A stretch of 64,000 nt of DNA from an uncultured Acidobacteriota bacterium (lineage in GTDB: Bacteria; Acidobacteriota; Thermoanaerobaculia; Gp7-AA8): assembly GCA_963741955.1 (NCBI GenBank), contig CAVUKB010000001.1:352001-416000 (forward strand), given 5' to 3'. Below are positions 21,715 to 31,481 of the stretch, one piece after another (the stretch's first letter is position 1; each line of letters begins with the position of its first letter). The notes below the pieces were generated by a model that was not told where the DNA came from, did not search any database, and saw only the letters and a program-made list of their open reading frames with translations. Position numbers and translations under genes: made by a program.

Positions 21715-21936
21715 GTGGCCGAACTTTCAAGGGTCCGGCGTCGCACTTCGAGCGGTTCGTTTGCCGACGCGCGAATCGTCTTCGCAGCGCAGCTCCAAAA
21801 GTTTGATTGCACGCACCGACTGGCGCGTCAGGAACGGTTCACCAAACTTTTGAAGCCCGGATGCGCGGATCGAGTTGCGGGAACCGATCGATGGCCGGTC
21901 CGAATGGCGTTCCGTGGTCCCTGAAAGTTCGGCCAC
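21715..21936. mobile_element. MITE-like or palindromic element between convergent genes
   Basis: Perfect 15-bp inverted ends GTGGCCGAACTTTCA / TGAAAGTTCGGCCAC; internal IR CAAAAGTTTG / CAAACTTTTG. Confidence 0.55.
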
Positions 21937-21950
21937 ACTGCGGGCCCGGC

Positions 21951-22403
21951 CTACTCCAGTCCCACCCGCGGGCGAATCCGGTTCTCCAGAGCGTTCATCT
22001 CCCCGTGGTCGGTGGCGTGGTCATAACCGAGAGCGTGGATGATTCCGTGGAGGATGAGGTAACGGACCTCGGTCGCCAGCGAATGCCGCTCCACGCGCGC
22101 CTGACGTCGTGCCTGAGGGAGCGAGATCACCACATCGCCGAGCGGCCGGCGATGGCTGCCGGGCTCGACGTCCTCATCGCCGGCGGGAAAGGTGAGCACG
22201 TCCGTGGTCTTCTTCTTTCCGCGGAAGCGTCCGTTCAGCCGCTTCATTCCGGCGTCGTCGACGAAATGAATCGAGACGTCGGTGACCGGCTCGCGTGTCG
22301 CGCGCGCCCTGCGGAGCGCGTCGAGCGCGGATTGCACGAAACGGGTGATCTCATTGCGCGAGAGACGCGGAACCGCAGGCCCGCTCACCACCACTTCGAT
22401 CAT
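21951..22403 (-). CDS. ybeY: rRNA maturation RNase YbeY
   Basis: [25 protein letters not shown]. Confidence 0.95.
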   Translation of the reverse strand: MIEVVVSGPAVPRLSRNEITRFVQSALDALRRARATREPVTDVSIHFVDDAGMKRLNGRFRGKKKTTDVLTFPAGDEDVEPGSHRRPLGDVVISLPQARRQARVERHSLATEVRYLILHGIIHALGYDHATDHGEMNALENRIRPRVGLE

Positions 22404-23425
22404 CCCTTCGCCGGCTCGCTGGTCTGGTCGCCGTTGGCAGGCGGCTTCCGCGTCTCGTACGCGTTCACGATGCGGCCGACGAGCGGATGCCGGACGACGT
22501 CCCGCTCGGTGAAGTTGAAGAAGCGGATCCCTTCGATTCCGCGAAGGATCTCCGATGCTTCGCGAAGGCCCGATTTCTTTCCTTCCGGAAGGTCGACCTG
22601 GGTGACGTCGCCGGTGACCACCACTTTGGAGCCGAAGCCCATCCGGGTGAGGAACATCTTCATCTGCTCGGTGGTCGTGTTCTGCGCCTCGTCGAGGATG
22701 ACGAATGCTTCGCTCAGCGTGCGGCCGCGCATGAATGCGAGCGGCGCGACTTCGATCACGCTCCGCTCCATCATTTTCGCCACCTTCTCGAAACCGATCA
22801 GATCGTAGAGCGAATCGTAGAGCGGACGCAGGTACGGGTTGACTTTCTCCGCGAGATCGCCCGGAAGGAAGCCGAGCTTCTCGCCCGCTTCGACTGCCGG
22901 GCGGCAGAGAACGATCCGTTTGATGCTGCGGTCAGCGAGTGCAGAGGCGGCCGCTGCGACGGCGAGGAACGTCTTCCCCGTTCCGGCGGGACCGATGGAG
23001 AAGATCATGTCGTTCTGCTGCATGGCCTGAAGATAGAGTTTCTGTGCGAGGTTCCGCGGCGTGACGATCCGCCGGAGCGAAGACTGCAGCGTCTCGTCGG
23101 TGAAGAAGTCGACGATGCTGAGGTTCGGATCTTCCCGGAGCACCCGCGCGCCGGTCGCGACGTCGACGCGTGAGATCGGATATCCGCGCTCGATCAGCGA
23201 CTGGATGTCGGAGAGGAGCCTTTCGGCGAGTGCGGCACTCTCGGGATCTCCCTGGATGAAGAGCTCGTTGCCACGGGCCGAGATCTTCACCCGGAATGCA
23301 TCCTCGATCAGCCTCAGATTCTCGTCGTGAACCCCGAAGAGGTTCGTCACTCCGGCGTCGGTCAGGATCAGGTTCATCGTCGTTCTCGTCTCTGCGGATG
23401 CGCTTGGTGCCGCTGCACTCGACAT
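22400..23425 (-). CDS. phoH: PhoH family ATPase
   Basis: [34 protein letters not shown]; start uncertain. Confidence 0.93.
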   Translation of the reverse strand: MSSAAAPSASAETRTTMNLILTDAGVTNLFGVHDENLRLIEDAFRVKISARGNELFIQGDPESAALAERLLSDIQSLIERGYPISRVDVATGARVLREDPNLSIVDFFTDETLQSSLRRIVTPRNLAQKLYLQAMQQNDMIFSIGPAGTGKTFLAVAAAASALADRSIKRIVLCRPAVEAGEKLGFLPGDLAEKVNPYLRPLYDSLYDLIGFEKVAKMMERSVIEVAPLAFMRGRTLSEAFVILDEAQNTTTEQMKMFLTRMGFGSKVVVTGDVTQVDLPEGKKSGLREASEILRGIEGIRFFNFTERDVVRHPLVGRIVNAYETRKPPANGDQTSEPAKG

Positions 23426-23432
23426 AGGCTCA

Positions 23433-24005
23433 TCACTCCGGTAACTCGTCATCGGGCCGGTCGATCCGGTCCAGTATCGTCATCGCAACACTGCCATAGC
23501 GAACGGTCTTCCTCAGCGTCAGCCTCTGCAGGCCCGAAGGATCGAACGGCACCCGGTCGGAGCCGTGCTCGATCACTGCGGTTGCACCGGACGAGAGTGC
23601 AATCCGGGTGTCAACTGCTCCGAGCAGTTCCTGGTAGCGGGGATAGGAGTAGGGCGGATCGGCGAAAACGAGGTCGAACGTCAGCTCCGGAGGAATGCGC
23701 CGGAGTCCCTGGACCGCGTCTGCGGCGATGGTGTGGATGGGAAGCTCCCATTCGCGGCTGATCGACTCCACCCGTGTCATCGAACGCTTCGATTGATCGA
23801 TGGCGACCGCCGAGCGAGCGCCGCGGGAGATTGCCTCGAATGAGAAGATGCCGCTGCCGGAGAAGAGATCGAGGAAATCCGCTCCTCCGATCTGCGAAGA
23901 GACGATGTCGAAGTAGGCCTCGCGCGCGCGCTCGGAAGTGGGCCGGAGCTCGTGTCCCGGCAGGGGCACTTTGCGGCCACGGAGCGTTCCTCCCGTGATT
24001 CTCAG
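23433..24005 (-). CDS. rsmD: 16S rRNA m2G966 methyltransferase
   Basis: RITGG.LRGR, RPTSERARE, DLFSGSG, DPPY; probable CTG start at 24005. Confidence 0.88.
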   Translation of the reverse strand: MRITGGTLRGRKVPLPGHELRPTSERAREAYFDIVSSQIGGADFLDLFSGSGIFSFEAISRGARSAVAIDQSKRSMTRVESISREWELPIHTIAADAVQGLRRIPPELTFDLVFADPPYSYPRYQELLGAVDTRIALSSGATAVIEHGSDRVPFDPSGLQRLTLRKTVRYGSVAMTILDRIDRPDDELPE

Positions 24006-24814
24006 TCCCGGTTTGGCGATCGGTCGTCTCCCAGAGCGGCGATGAAGTGCGTGTAGAGATCCTTGACGGAGAAATAGACTTTCGTCGGTTCGTGGACGCA
24101 TGTGAGCTCGACCACTTTTCCCTGATCGAGAATCCTGGTCACGCGATAAAGCTTCTGGTCGTCGGAGATCAGGCGGTCGCCCAGGCTCGGGACGTACCCG
24201 GTGATCGGATTCGTGACCTCCCGGTCTATGGCCATGGCGCGGATCAGGTCCTGCAGGACGGCACGCATCCGATCCAGACGAAGAGGAAGGATGACTCTCG
24301 TCCCGAACCGCCGCTCCACCGCTTTGCCGTCATTGGTGATCCGGATGGACGCATAGTCCGTTCGCGTCGGTGATCCGGGAAGCTCCGGAGGGAGGGCGTC
24401 GAGCGTGGCCGCAGAGAAGTTCTGGTGGTACGACTTCATCGCGTCGTCGGGAAGGATCATCCGCTTCCGGATGGTCGCGCCGGCTCCTTTGAGGTGGAGC
24501 ACTGCGAGCCCATTCTGGAAAATGGAGATGCGCTCTTCCATCGCACCGGTGACGGAGACGAAATCGATGAACGGTTCGGGGAGCTTGCCGTCCACCAGCT
24601 GCGAGCCGATTGCCTGCCGCGCCCCGACGAGCTCCGGGACCTCGAAGCGCGTGACGTCGACCTCCGAGGAGTCGGGAACCGGGACGGCGATGGCTCCGCC
24701 GATCGGGACGTTGTCGGGGAGCGTGGACGGGGGATTCGGCTCCGATTGCGCAAGGACGACCGCCGGTAGCGCAAAACAGACGAGCAACAGCCACTCGATC
24801 GCGAATCGCCTCAT
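24002..24814 (-). CDS. Hypothetical secreted protein
   Basis: Signal peptide MRRFAIEWLLLVCFALPAVVLA; operonic with rsmD. Confidence 0.7.
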   Translation of the reverse strand: MRRFAIEWLLLVCFALPAVVLAQSEPNPPSTLPDNVPIGGAIAVPVPDSSEVDVTRFEVPELVGARQAIGSQLVDGKLPEPFIDFVSVTGAMEERISIFQNGLAVLHLKGAGATIRKRMILPDDAMKSYHQNFSAATLDALPPELPGSPTRTDYASIRITNDGKAVERRFGTRVILPLRLDRMRAVLQDLIRAMAIDREVTNPITGYVPSLGDRLISDDQKLYRVTRILDQGKVVELTCVHEPTKVYFSVKDLYTHFIAALGDDRSPNRD

Positions 24815-24821
24815 CGTCTCG

Positions 24822-25003
24822 AGCCCGCATTTCTCACACCATCTCTGCTGCGGAGACGGATAGCGGCCTGTCTGCTGCGTTGCACCCCTGCTTCGGCTCC
24901 TCAACATAGTCATCACTATGCCTTCGTCGCCGAAGCGGGGTGCGCCTTGCATCCAGGCTGCTCTCCGCCGCCTCGCGACGAGTTGGTGTGAGAAATGCGG
25001 GCT
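24822..25003. mobile_element. MITE A (~180 bp)
   Basis: Perfect 20-bp TIR AGCCCGCATTTCTCACACCA / TGGTGTGAGAAATGCGGGCT; CGAG and CTAG at the ends; internal palindromes. Confidence 0.75.
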
Positions 25004-25167
25004 AGGAGTCTGCGCGATAGAAACGTCCGTAGCGAGAAAGCGGAGCGGCGAGGCCAAATTCGTTCGGATTTGAGGTGCGTAGCGGTGGCTACTCGCCGAG
25101 AATCCGGGCGGATTTGGACCGCTGATCCGCTTTCGCAGTAGGTCAGTTTCTATCGCGCAGACTCCTA
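25003..25167. mobile_element. MITE B, copy 1 (~165 bp)
   Basis: 22-bp TIR TAGGAGTCTGCGCGATAGAAAC / GTTTCTATCGCGCAGACTCCTA; near-identical copy at 40270-40436. Confidence 0.85.
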
Positions 25168-26391
25168 ATGGCTTCTAAGATACTGCAATGCGATCGCCGA
25201 GGCAAAAGATGCGGCTTCGGCGGGGGCGAGCTCCCCTCGAAAAATCCCGGCTCTGGTCTCGTCGATCGCGTGTCCGATGTGGCGTCCCCGCTCCGGATGG
25301 ATCCCGGAGCCCGGAATCGCGCGGGCGATGCGGTCGGCGACGATGTACCTGCGAAGCATCGGAACGAAGCGATCGTCGCCGGCGATCGCGGCCGCAGCGA
25401 GAGTGAGAGTGCCGGCTGCACCGATCGCTTCCAGAGCCTGGTCGGGTGTTTCGACCTTCTCGAAGCGGTCGCGAATCGAGGATGCCGACTCGCGGAAACT
25501 CTCGATCTGCGCGATTCTGCGAAGGGTGAACGATGATCCCGAGAGATCGGGCGCTGCGGAGGAAGCCGCCGCGAGGCGGCCGAGCATCGCGACCGGAGTG
25601 TCGATCCGCCCCTCGGGTAGCCAGATCTCGAGCGAGCGCATCGCGAGGTCGAACGCGGACGAGTACTGCACGCCCGGGAAGAGGAGGTCGAGAGCTCCGC
25701 TCCCCCCCATCCGGCAGAGGACCGCGCCGGGGTGCGGTTCGGCGAAGGCGAGCATCACTTCGCGCCACAGTCGCGTCCGGGAGATGCTCCGCAGTGCTCC
25801 GGCGGAGATCGCATGCTCCATCGCGCGCCCGGTCGTCTCCTCCAGTCCGAAGCCGAGGCGGACCGCGAAACGGAGTGCGCGGAGGAGCCGGGTCGGATCG
25901 TCGAGAAAACTTCGCGGGTGGAGGATCCGGATACGCCGCTGTTCGAGATCGGCCATTCCTCCGAGTGGGTCGACGAGCTGCCCCTCGATCAATTCGATCG
26001 CGATGGCGTTGATCGAGAAATCGCGGCGGGTGAGGTCTTCGGCGATCCCTCCGGCCGTGACTTCCGGGAGCGCACCCGGGGCACGGTAGCTCTCCCGCCG
26101 GGCCGTGGCGACATCGATCAGCGGAAGACCGGCCGCTTCGATGGTGAAGGTCATGAAGCGGGGAAAACGGCGGATACGCCCGCCGAGCGCCGACGCGAAT
26201 GCGGCGGCGAACTGCTGGACGTGTGACGCATCCACGACGAAATCGAGATCTCTCACCGGTTCGCCGAGCCGGAGATCGCGCACCGGTCCTCCGACCAGCC
26301 AGACCGCTGTTCGCAGGCTGATCCCGACCTCGCGTGCGGAGAGGAGGATCGCTCGTCTCGCTGGATCGACCGCGTCGAACAGCTCCATCAT
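25165..26391 (-). CDS. cca: CCA tRNA nucleotidyltransferase / poly(A) polymerase family
   Basis: VGGPVRD, DLDFVV, DLTRRDFSINA, DDPTRLLRALRF. Confidence 0.85.
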   Translation of the reverse strand: MMELFDAVDPARRAILLSAREVGISLRTAVWLVGGPVRDLRLGEPVRDLDFVVDASHVQQFAAAFASALGGRIRRFPRFMTFTIEAAGLPLIDVATARRESYRAPGALPEVTAGGIAEDLTRRDFSINAIAIELIEGQLVDPLGGMADLEQRRIRILHPRSFLDDPTRLLRALRFAVRLGFGLEETTGRAMEHAISAGALRSISRTRLWREVMLAFAEPHPGAVLCRMGGSGALDLLFPGVQYSSAFDLAMRSLEIWLPEGRIDTPVAMLGRLAAASSAAPDLSGSSFTLRRIAQIESFRESASSIRDRFEKVETPDQALEAIGAAGTLTLAAAAIAGDDRFVPMLRRYIVADRIARAIPGSGIHPERGRHIGHAIDETRAGIFRGELAPAEAASFASAIALQYLRSH

Positions 26392-27260
26392 CGCGAGACC
26401 GCTCCATAGAGGCGCAGAAGCTCGTCGCGCCGGAGCTCCGGACGAAACCTCTCGCGCGATGCCGCAGTCACGCGGCGTCTCGGCTCGGAGATCTCGGATT
26501 TGAAGAGGGCACCGAGGATCGCGTGCGCCATTTCGTTCGGGTCGTCCGGAGGAACGAGAAAGCCGGCACGACCGCCGTCGAGACGCCATGCGTTCAGAGG
26601 AGTACGAGACGCGACGACCACACGCCGCCGGACCAGAGCTTCGGCAGTGAATCCGTCGGCATCGTCTTCGTGTGGCGTCGCGTCGATCCAGAGATCGAGC
26701 TCATCGAGGTCCTCGGGGTCGGGAGGCTCTTCGAAGAAACGCCATTCGATGTCTTCCCGAAAGCGGATCACGCGCGACGCGACTGCGGCGATCGCTTCCT
26801 TCCGCGGTCGTGGACCGGCGAAGCCGCCGATCCGCTTCGGTGCACCCTCGGGCGCGCCGGAGGATCTCGCCACGGATTCGAAAAAGCGCGGCGCGACAGC
26901 CTCCCGGACCGTTGCGAACTCCGAAGCGCCGACGCGAGCAGCGGGAAGAGGTGTGCGCCGCCAGGGGAGGAGAGAAGGAGCGGGATCAGAAGGAGCGACG
27001 TACGGCGCCCGGAGCCCTCGAAGAACGGAGGGAGTCCGTGGAACTGGTCCGTACACGTGCACCACGTCCCACCCCTCGCTCGCAGAGCGGCGGGCGAGCT
27101 CCGACGGTGGTACGGGATCTCCCTGCGGAGCGTGAAGCTCGTCGCCGCTCGCCTCCCACACTTCGACGCGATTGTCCGTGGAGAGGATATGCTGGTCGAT
27201 GCTTCGGATCTTCATATCGAAGAGCGTCGCCGTCGAAAACTGAAGCTGAATGATGTGCAT
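26388..27260 (-). CDS. Divergent GT-B glycosyltransferase-like protein
   Basis: DVVHVYG, DGFTAEAL..VVASRTP, GFLVPPDDP; ATGA-coupled to cca. Confidence 0.65.
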   Translation of the reverse strand: MHIIQLQFSTATLFDMKIRSIDQHILSTDNRVEVWEASGDELHAPQGDPVPPSELARRSASEGWDVVHVYGPVPRTPSVLRGLRAPYVAPSDPAPSLLPWRRTPLPAARVGASEFATVREAVAPRFFESVARSSGAPEGAPKRIGGFAGPRPRKEAIAAVASRVIRFREDIEWRFFEEPPDPEDLDELDLWIDATPHEDDADGFTAEALVRRRVVVASRTPLNAWRLDGGRAGFLVPPDDPNEMAHAILGALFKSEISEPRRRVTAASRERFRPELRRDELLRLYGAVSR

Positions 27261-27276
27261 CGGCGCGATTCCGGCG

Positions 27277-28653
27277 ATGAAACGAGATTTCGATGTGAAT
27301 ACTGGCAGATTCGGCGGTAAAATCGGAACCAGATTGAATCAGTTCGCAAGTCCATCCGTTGCCGTGCTTTGCCGCGAGCCCGAAATGCTGGCGCGCCTCC
27401 GCGCCGAGTGTCCGGCGTTCGCCTTCGAAACGTCCGTCGACTCGCAGACACGAATCGCGATCGTCGACGACGAGCCGGGCGGAGCGATCGATCACCTTCC
27501 GGACGACGTGGTGGCGCGGATCGTACTCGTCTCCGGAGAGTGCCGTGCGTCCCGGAAATTCGGCGAGCTCCGGATCCAGCGCAGCTGGTTCGACGCCGAC
27601 CCGCGTTCGTATCTCGCTTTCGCTTCCGATCTGGTGGTCGCGACGGAACGTGCGGAGCGCCTGCAGTTCGAATTCGACTTCTTCGACGACATTCGTGATC
27701 TGGTCGCCACGAGCAACATCGAGGTGATCTTCGAGAAAGTCACCCTGACCGTTCTCGCGACCCTGCAGCTCGCGCATGGAACGCTTCTTCTCCACGATCC
27801 GCGGGTCGAGCGGTTCGCCGTCGCGTTCAGCAACGATCCGAGCCACGAGGACACCGGAGAGTTTCTTCCGGGCGTCCAGAAGGAGCTGCTGCAGCAGGCT
27901 CTCGAATCGATCCGCGGCTTCGCGGTCGAGGAGCCGGAGGGAGAAGTCCCCGGTACCATCCTGATGCCGATCCAGCTCGGTGACGACGTGATCGGAGTGA
28001 TCAAGGCGAGCGTGACGCAACTCGACCGGATCGAGTCGCGCAATGCGGTTCGCGCGCTCCGGTATCTGCAGACCGTCACCGCGATCCTCGGCAACGTCTA
28101 CCAGCTCACGCGGAACAAGGATCTCGCCATGCGCGACGATCTGACGAAGGCGTACAACCGGCGGTTCTTCGAAGCGTACCTGGACGAGGAGATGGAACGC
28201 TCCCGCCGCTATTCGACCTGTTTCTCGGTGATTTTCCTCGACCTCGACGACCTCAAGAGCGTGAACAACAAGTACGGACACCTCGCCGGATCGCGGACCC
28301 TTCAGGAAGTCGCGAAGCGGATCATGGGCGCCGTCCGCGCGATCGACAAGGTGGTGCGGTTCGGTGGCGACGAGTTCTGCATCCTCCTGCCGCAGACCGA
28401 TGCGGATCAAGCCTGGTCCGTGGCCGACCGTGTGAAGCGGGCGCTCAACCGTGCACCTTTCCAGCTCGAAGCGGACGTGGAAGTCGATGTCACCGCGAGC
28501 TTCGGAATCGCGACCTATCCGCTGCATGCATCGAGCAAAGAGGATCTGATCCGGGCGGCGGATGCGGCGATGTACCGGGTCAAACTGGCCACCAAGGACT
28601 CGATCGGAATCGCGCGATCCCGTCCGGGCGACGCCGAAAAGCGGATCGGGTGA
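27277..28653 (+). CDS. GAF-like + GGDEF diguanylate cyclase
   Basis: DDLTKAYNRR, DLDDLK.VN..YGH, RAID I-site, RFGGDEF; start uncertain. Confidence 0.9.
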   Translation: MKRDFDVNTGRFGGKIGTRLNQFASPSVAVLCREPEMLARLRAECPAFAFETSVDSQTRIAIVDDEPGGAIDHLPDDVVARIVLVSGECRASRKFGELRIQRSWFDADPRSYLAFASDLVVATERAERLQFEFDFFDDIRDLVATSNIEVIFEKVTLTVLATLQLAHGTLLLHDPRVERFAVAFSNDPSHEDTGEFLPGVQKELLQQALESIRGFAVEEPEGEVPGTILMPIQLGDDVIGVIKASVTQLDRIESRNAVRALRYLQTVTAILGNVYQLTRNKDLAMRDDLTKAYNRRFFEAYLDEEMERSRRYSTCFSVIFLDLDDLKSVNNKYGHLAGSRTLQEVAKRIMGAVRAIDKVVRFGGDEFCILLPQTDADQAWSVADRVKRALNRAPFQLEADVEVDVTASFGIATYPLHASSKEDLIRAADAAMYRVKLATKDSIGIARSRPGDAEKRIG

Positions 28654-28668
28654 ACGGGCGCTGAGTCG

Positions 28669-29778
28669 ATGAGCGACGAACTGACCATTCAGGGAACTCT
28701 GTCGGAGACCACAGTTCCCGACCTGATGCGATCACTGATCCGCAGCTCCGAGAGCGCGATCGTGTCGCTCGAAGCGGAAGGTCGTCACGACAACATCTAC
28801 ATCTACGAAGGAAAGATCGTGTTCGCGACGAGCTCCGATCCCGACCTCGGTCTGGCCGAGGTCCTGTTTCGGGAAGGAGAGTTGAATCTCCAGCAGTACC
28901 GCACCATCAGCGAAAAAATCGTTCCGGTCCAGGAGATCGGCTCGGCCCTTTGTGAACTCGGTTATCTCCGTCCGGAAGAGCTGATGACGGTGGTCGAAAA
29001 ACAGGTGGTCACCATCGTTCTGCGTGCGCTCGCATTCCGCGCCGGCAACTACACGCTGGAATTGCGGGAGGAGCTCCCGGACGAGATTCCGCGACTGTCG
29101 ATCCAGAGTGAGCGGCTCGTTCTGGACGGGGTGGGACGGATCGACCACTGGTCGCTGGTCTCGCGCGGAATCGGGCGGATGGAGCGATCACTGCAGCACT
29201 CCCGGCAGGCCGATCAGCGCGTCTTTCATCTCGATATGACCGAGGAAGAGACCTACATCTACTCGCAGCTCGCGGAGCCACAGACCTTTCAGGAGCTCTG
29301 CGACCGGAGTTATCTCTCTGATTTCGTGACCTGTCGCACGGCGTGGGCACTCCTCACGGCGAACCTTCTCGAAGACGCGACCGAAGAAACGGTCGACGAG
29401 CATCGAGCCGCCGCAGAAGCGGAGATGGTGCTCGAGTCGGAAGTCGAGAGATACAACGGAGCGTTTCAGTCGATCTTCGGTCTGGTCTTCCAGAAGATCG
29501 GCGATCACGTCTACGATTTCATCGACCGGGTGGTCCGGCACCTCTCGCCCGAAACGATGCCGTATCTGAGCGGAGTCAATCTGATGAATGAAGCGCGGGT
29601 CGATTTCGATCAGCTGCTGAACAATCTGATCGCTTCCGGCTCCTCGGATCGACGGGCAATCGTGGAGAGCGTCCTCAACGAGCTTCTCACCGGCTGGATC
29701 TACGAGACGCGAGCCGAGTTCGGGACGGTTCTCGAGGCCGAGATGAACGAGATCATCGAGCCACTGCGCCGCATCTGA
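28669..29778 (+). CDS. DUF4388 (PATAN-like) domain protein
   Basis: IQGTLSETTVPDL, GKIVFATSSD, LAEVL. Confidence 0.75.
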   Translation: MSDELTIQGTLSETTVPDLMRSLIRSSESAIVSLEAEGRHDNIYIYEGKIVFATSSDPDLGLAEVLFREGELNLQQYRTISEKIVPVQEIGSALCELGYLRPEELMTVVEKQVVTIVLRALAFRAGNYTLELREELPDEIPRLSIQSERLVLDGVGRIDHWSLVSRGIGRMERSLQHSRQADQRVFHLDMTEEETYIYSQLAEPQTFQELCDRSYLSDFVTCRTAWALLTANLLEDATEETVDEHRAAAEAEMVLESEVERYNGAFQSIFGLVFQKIGDHVYDFIDRVVRHLSPETMPYLSGVNLMNEARVDFDQLLNNLIASGSSDRRAIVESVLNELLTGWIYETRAEFGTVLEAEMNEIIEPLRRI

Positions 29779-29884
29779 TATCTGTGATCGGGTATCTCGA
29801 GTGCGGTGACGGCGCCGGCTTGTTGCCGCGTATCTCTCGCAGAAAGCTCAGATAATACTGAACAGATGACAGATACCGGATAAA

Positions 29885-30604
29885 ATGGCTCTCGTGCGGA
29901 ATCTGACCGGAATCGTTCTCCTTTCTGCCTTCCTCGTCGCCGGCTGTGCGACCGGAAATCTCCCGAACCGCCCGAACGAACGGGAGTGGCGGAAGATCTC
30001 CACCGAGTACGACCGCCTCGTTGCGATGCGCCGTTCGCTCCCTGAGCCGGCCAAAGAGGGTTCGCGCAAGGAACAGATCGAAGTGCTCCTTGCGAATCAC
30101 AAGAAGCTCGAGCCGCTCTGGGGGCCGTTTCTCGAAGACGTGCGCGAGTACTACGAGCGGACCGGCGACTCCCGCGCTGCGGCGCTCTACGCAGACGAAA
30201 AGGTCCGTATGGGCGACGAGTACATGGACGTGCTGGCCCGCTACGATCGCGCGATCGAATTGTACCGGAACGCTCTGGCGATCGACCCGTCCAATGAGAG
30301 AGCGAAGGAGCGGCTCGAGGTGGCCCGGTCGGAACGCTTCGTCTCGATGGACGCGTTTGCCCGGATCCGGGAAGGGATGAAAGCTGCGGACGTCCGGCAG
30401 ATCGTAGGGATGCCGCGGGAAGACTGGATCCGGCAGATCGTTCAGAATGAGCGGGTCTTTTCCGTCTGGATCTACCCGAAAGCGGACGGAGGGGCGTCGG
30501 CGATTTATTTCGAAAACGACGTCGTCTATCACACGAACTGGAATGCGGCCGCGCCGGCCGCGGCGAAGGATGATGGCGCCACGAGGGCGCCCGGTAAAGG
30601 ATAA
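29885..30604 (+). CDS. Lipoprotein with TPR and BamE/SmpA-like C-terminal domain
   Basis: Lipobox VAGC; TPR YDRAIELYRNALAIDPSN; IREGM..ADVRQIVGMP..W.Y. Confidence 0.7.
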   Translation: MALVRNLTGIVLLSAFLVAGCATGNLPNRPNEREWRKISTEYDRLVAMRRSLPEPAKEGSRKEQIEVLLANHKKLEPLWGPFLEDVREYYERTGDSRAAALYADEKVRMGDEYMDVLARYDRAIELYRNALAIDPSNERAKERLEVARSERFVSMDAFARIREGMKAADVRQIVGMPREDWIRQIVQNERVFSVWIYPKADGGASAIYFENDVVYHTNWNAAAPAAAKDDGATRAPGKG

Positions 30605-30652
30605 TGAATCTCGCCGTGACCCCGATGCGGGTGCGGCCGGATGTGAGGGAGG

Positions 30653-31363
30653 GTGAAGATGAGCGAAAACGTGATGACCGATGATTCGTCGCACTACGAG
30701 ATTTCCCTGACGGCAGGACAGGCGTTCATCGCCTTCATCCTTCTGCTCCTCTCGCTCGGTGCCTGCTTCGCGTTCGGTGTGATCGTCGGCCGCGGCGACG
30801 ACGACCAGCGGATGGCGTCGGTCCGGGAAGCGGCGGTGACGGAAGCGTCGGCGACGCCGGCCACGACGCCGGTCGAAGAAGTCGCTCCACCGCAGGACTT
30901 CACGAATGGACAAACCGCCTCGAGCCGGGAGACGGTGCCTCCTCCGATCATCGTCGAGAGGCACGAGACCGACCGCAGCCGCGCAGCGGCGCCCGCGGCG
31001 AGCACTCCTCGGCCGGAGCGGTCGCAGGTCGAGCGCGTCCCCGTGACCCCGGACGCAGCGGCTTCGACAGCGGGCTCGCCCTCTTCTGCCCAACCGGCGC
31101 CTCCGCAGGCTGCGAAGGATCTCACCCCGGCAGTCCCGCACTATGCTCAACTCCTCTCCACGTCGGACAAGACGGCGGCCGAGGCTCTCGCAGCGCGCCT
31201 GATCAACGACGGATTCGACTCCGCGTACGTCGAGCGGGCGAAGGTGGCAGAGGGAATGCTCTACCGGGTGCGGGTGAAGTTTGCCTCGGAGGCCCAGGCG
31301 CGGGCAGCCGTACCGTCACTCCAGCGCTACACGAAGAATGAAATCTGGGTGACGAAGCAGTAA
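30653..31363 (+). CDS. SPOR domain membrane protein
   Basis: N-terminal TM ending FGVIVGR, Pro/Ala-rich linker, YAQL..S..A..L..LYRVRV. Confidence 0.82.
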   Translation: MKMSENVMTDDSSHYEISLTAGQAFIAFILLLLSLGACFAFGVIVGRGDDDQRMASVREAAVTEASATPATTPVEEVAPPQDFTNGQTASSRETVPPPIIVERHETDRSRAAAPAASTPRPERSQVERVPVTPDAAASTAGSPSSAQPAPPQAAKDLTPAVPHYAQLLSTSDKTAAEALAARLINDGFDSAYVERAKVAEGMLYRVRVKFASEAQARAAVPSLQRYTKNEIWVTKQ

Positions 31364-31481
31364 ATCAGCCTCCGAAGCATTAGAGTATTACGTTCCGGGC
31401 CCGCCCGGGCCGGCGACCGTCGTTTCTTTCGCATCCATCGAAGCGACCTGGATGCCGGGCAGCAGGACCTCGACAAAGAAA

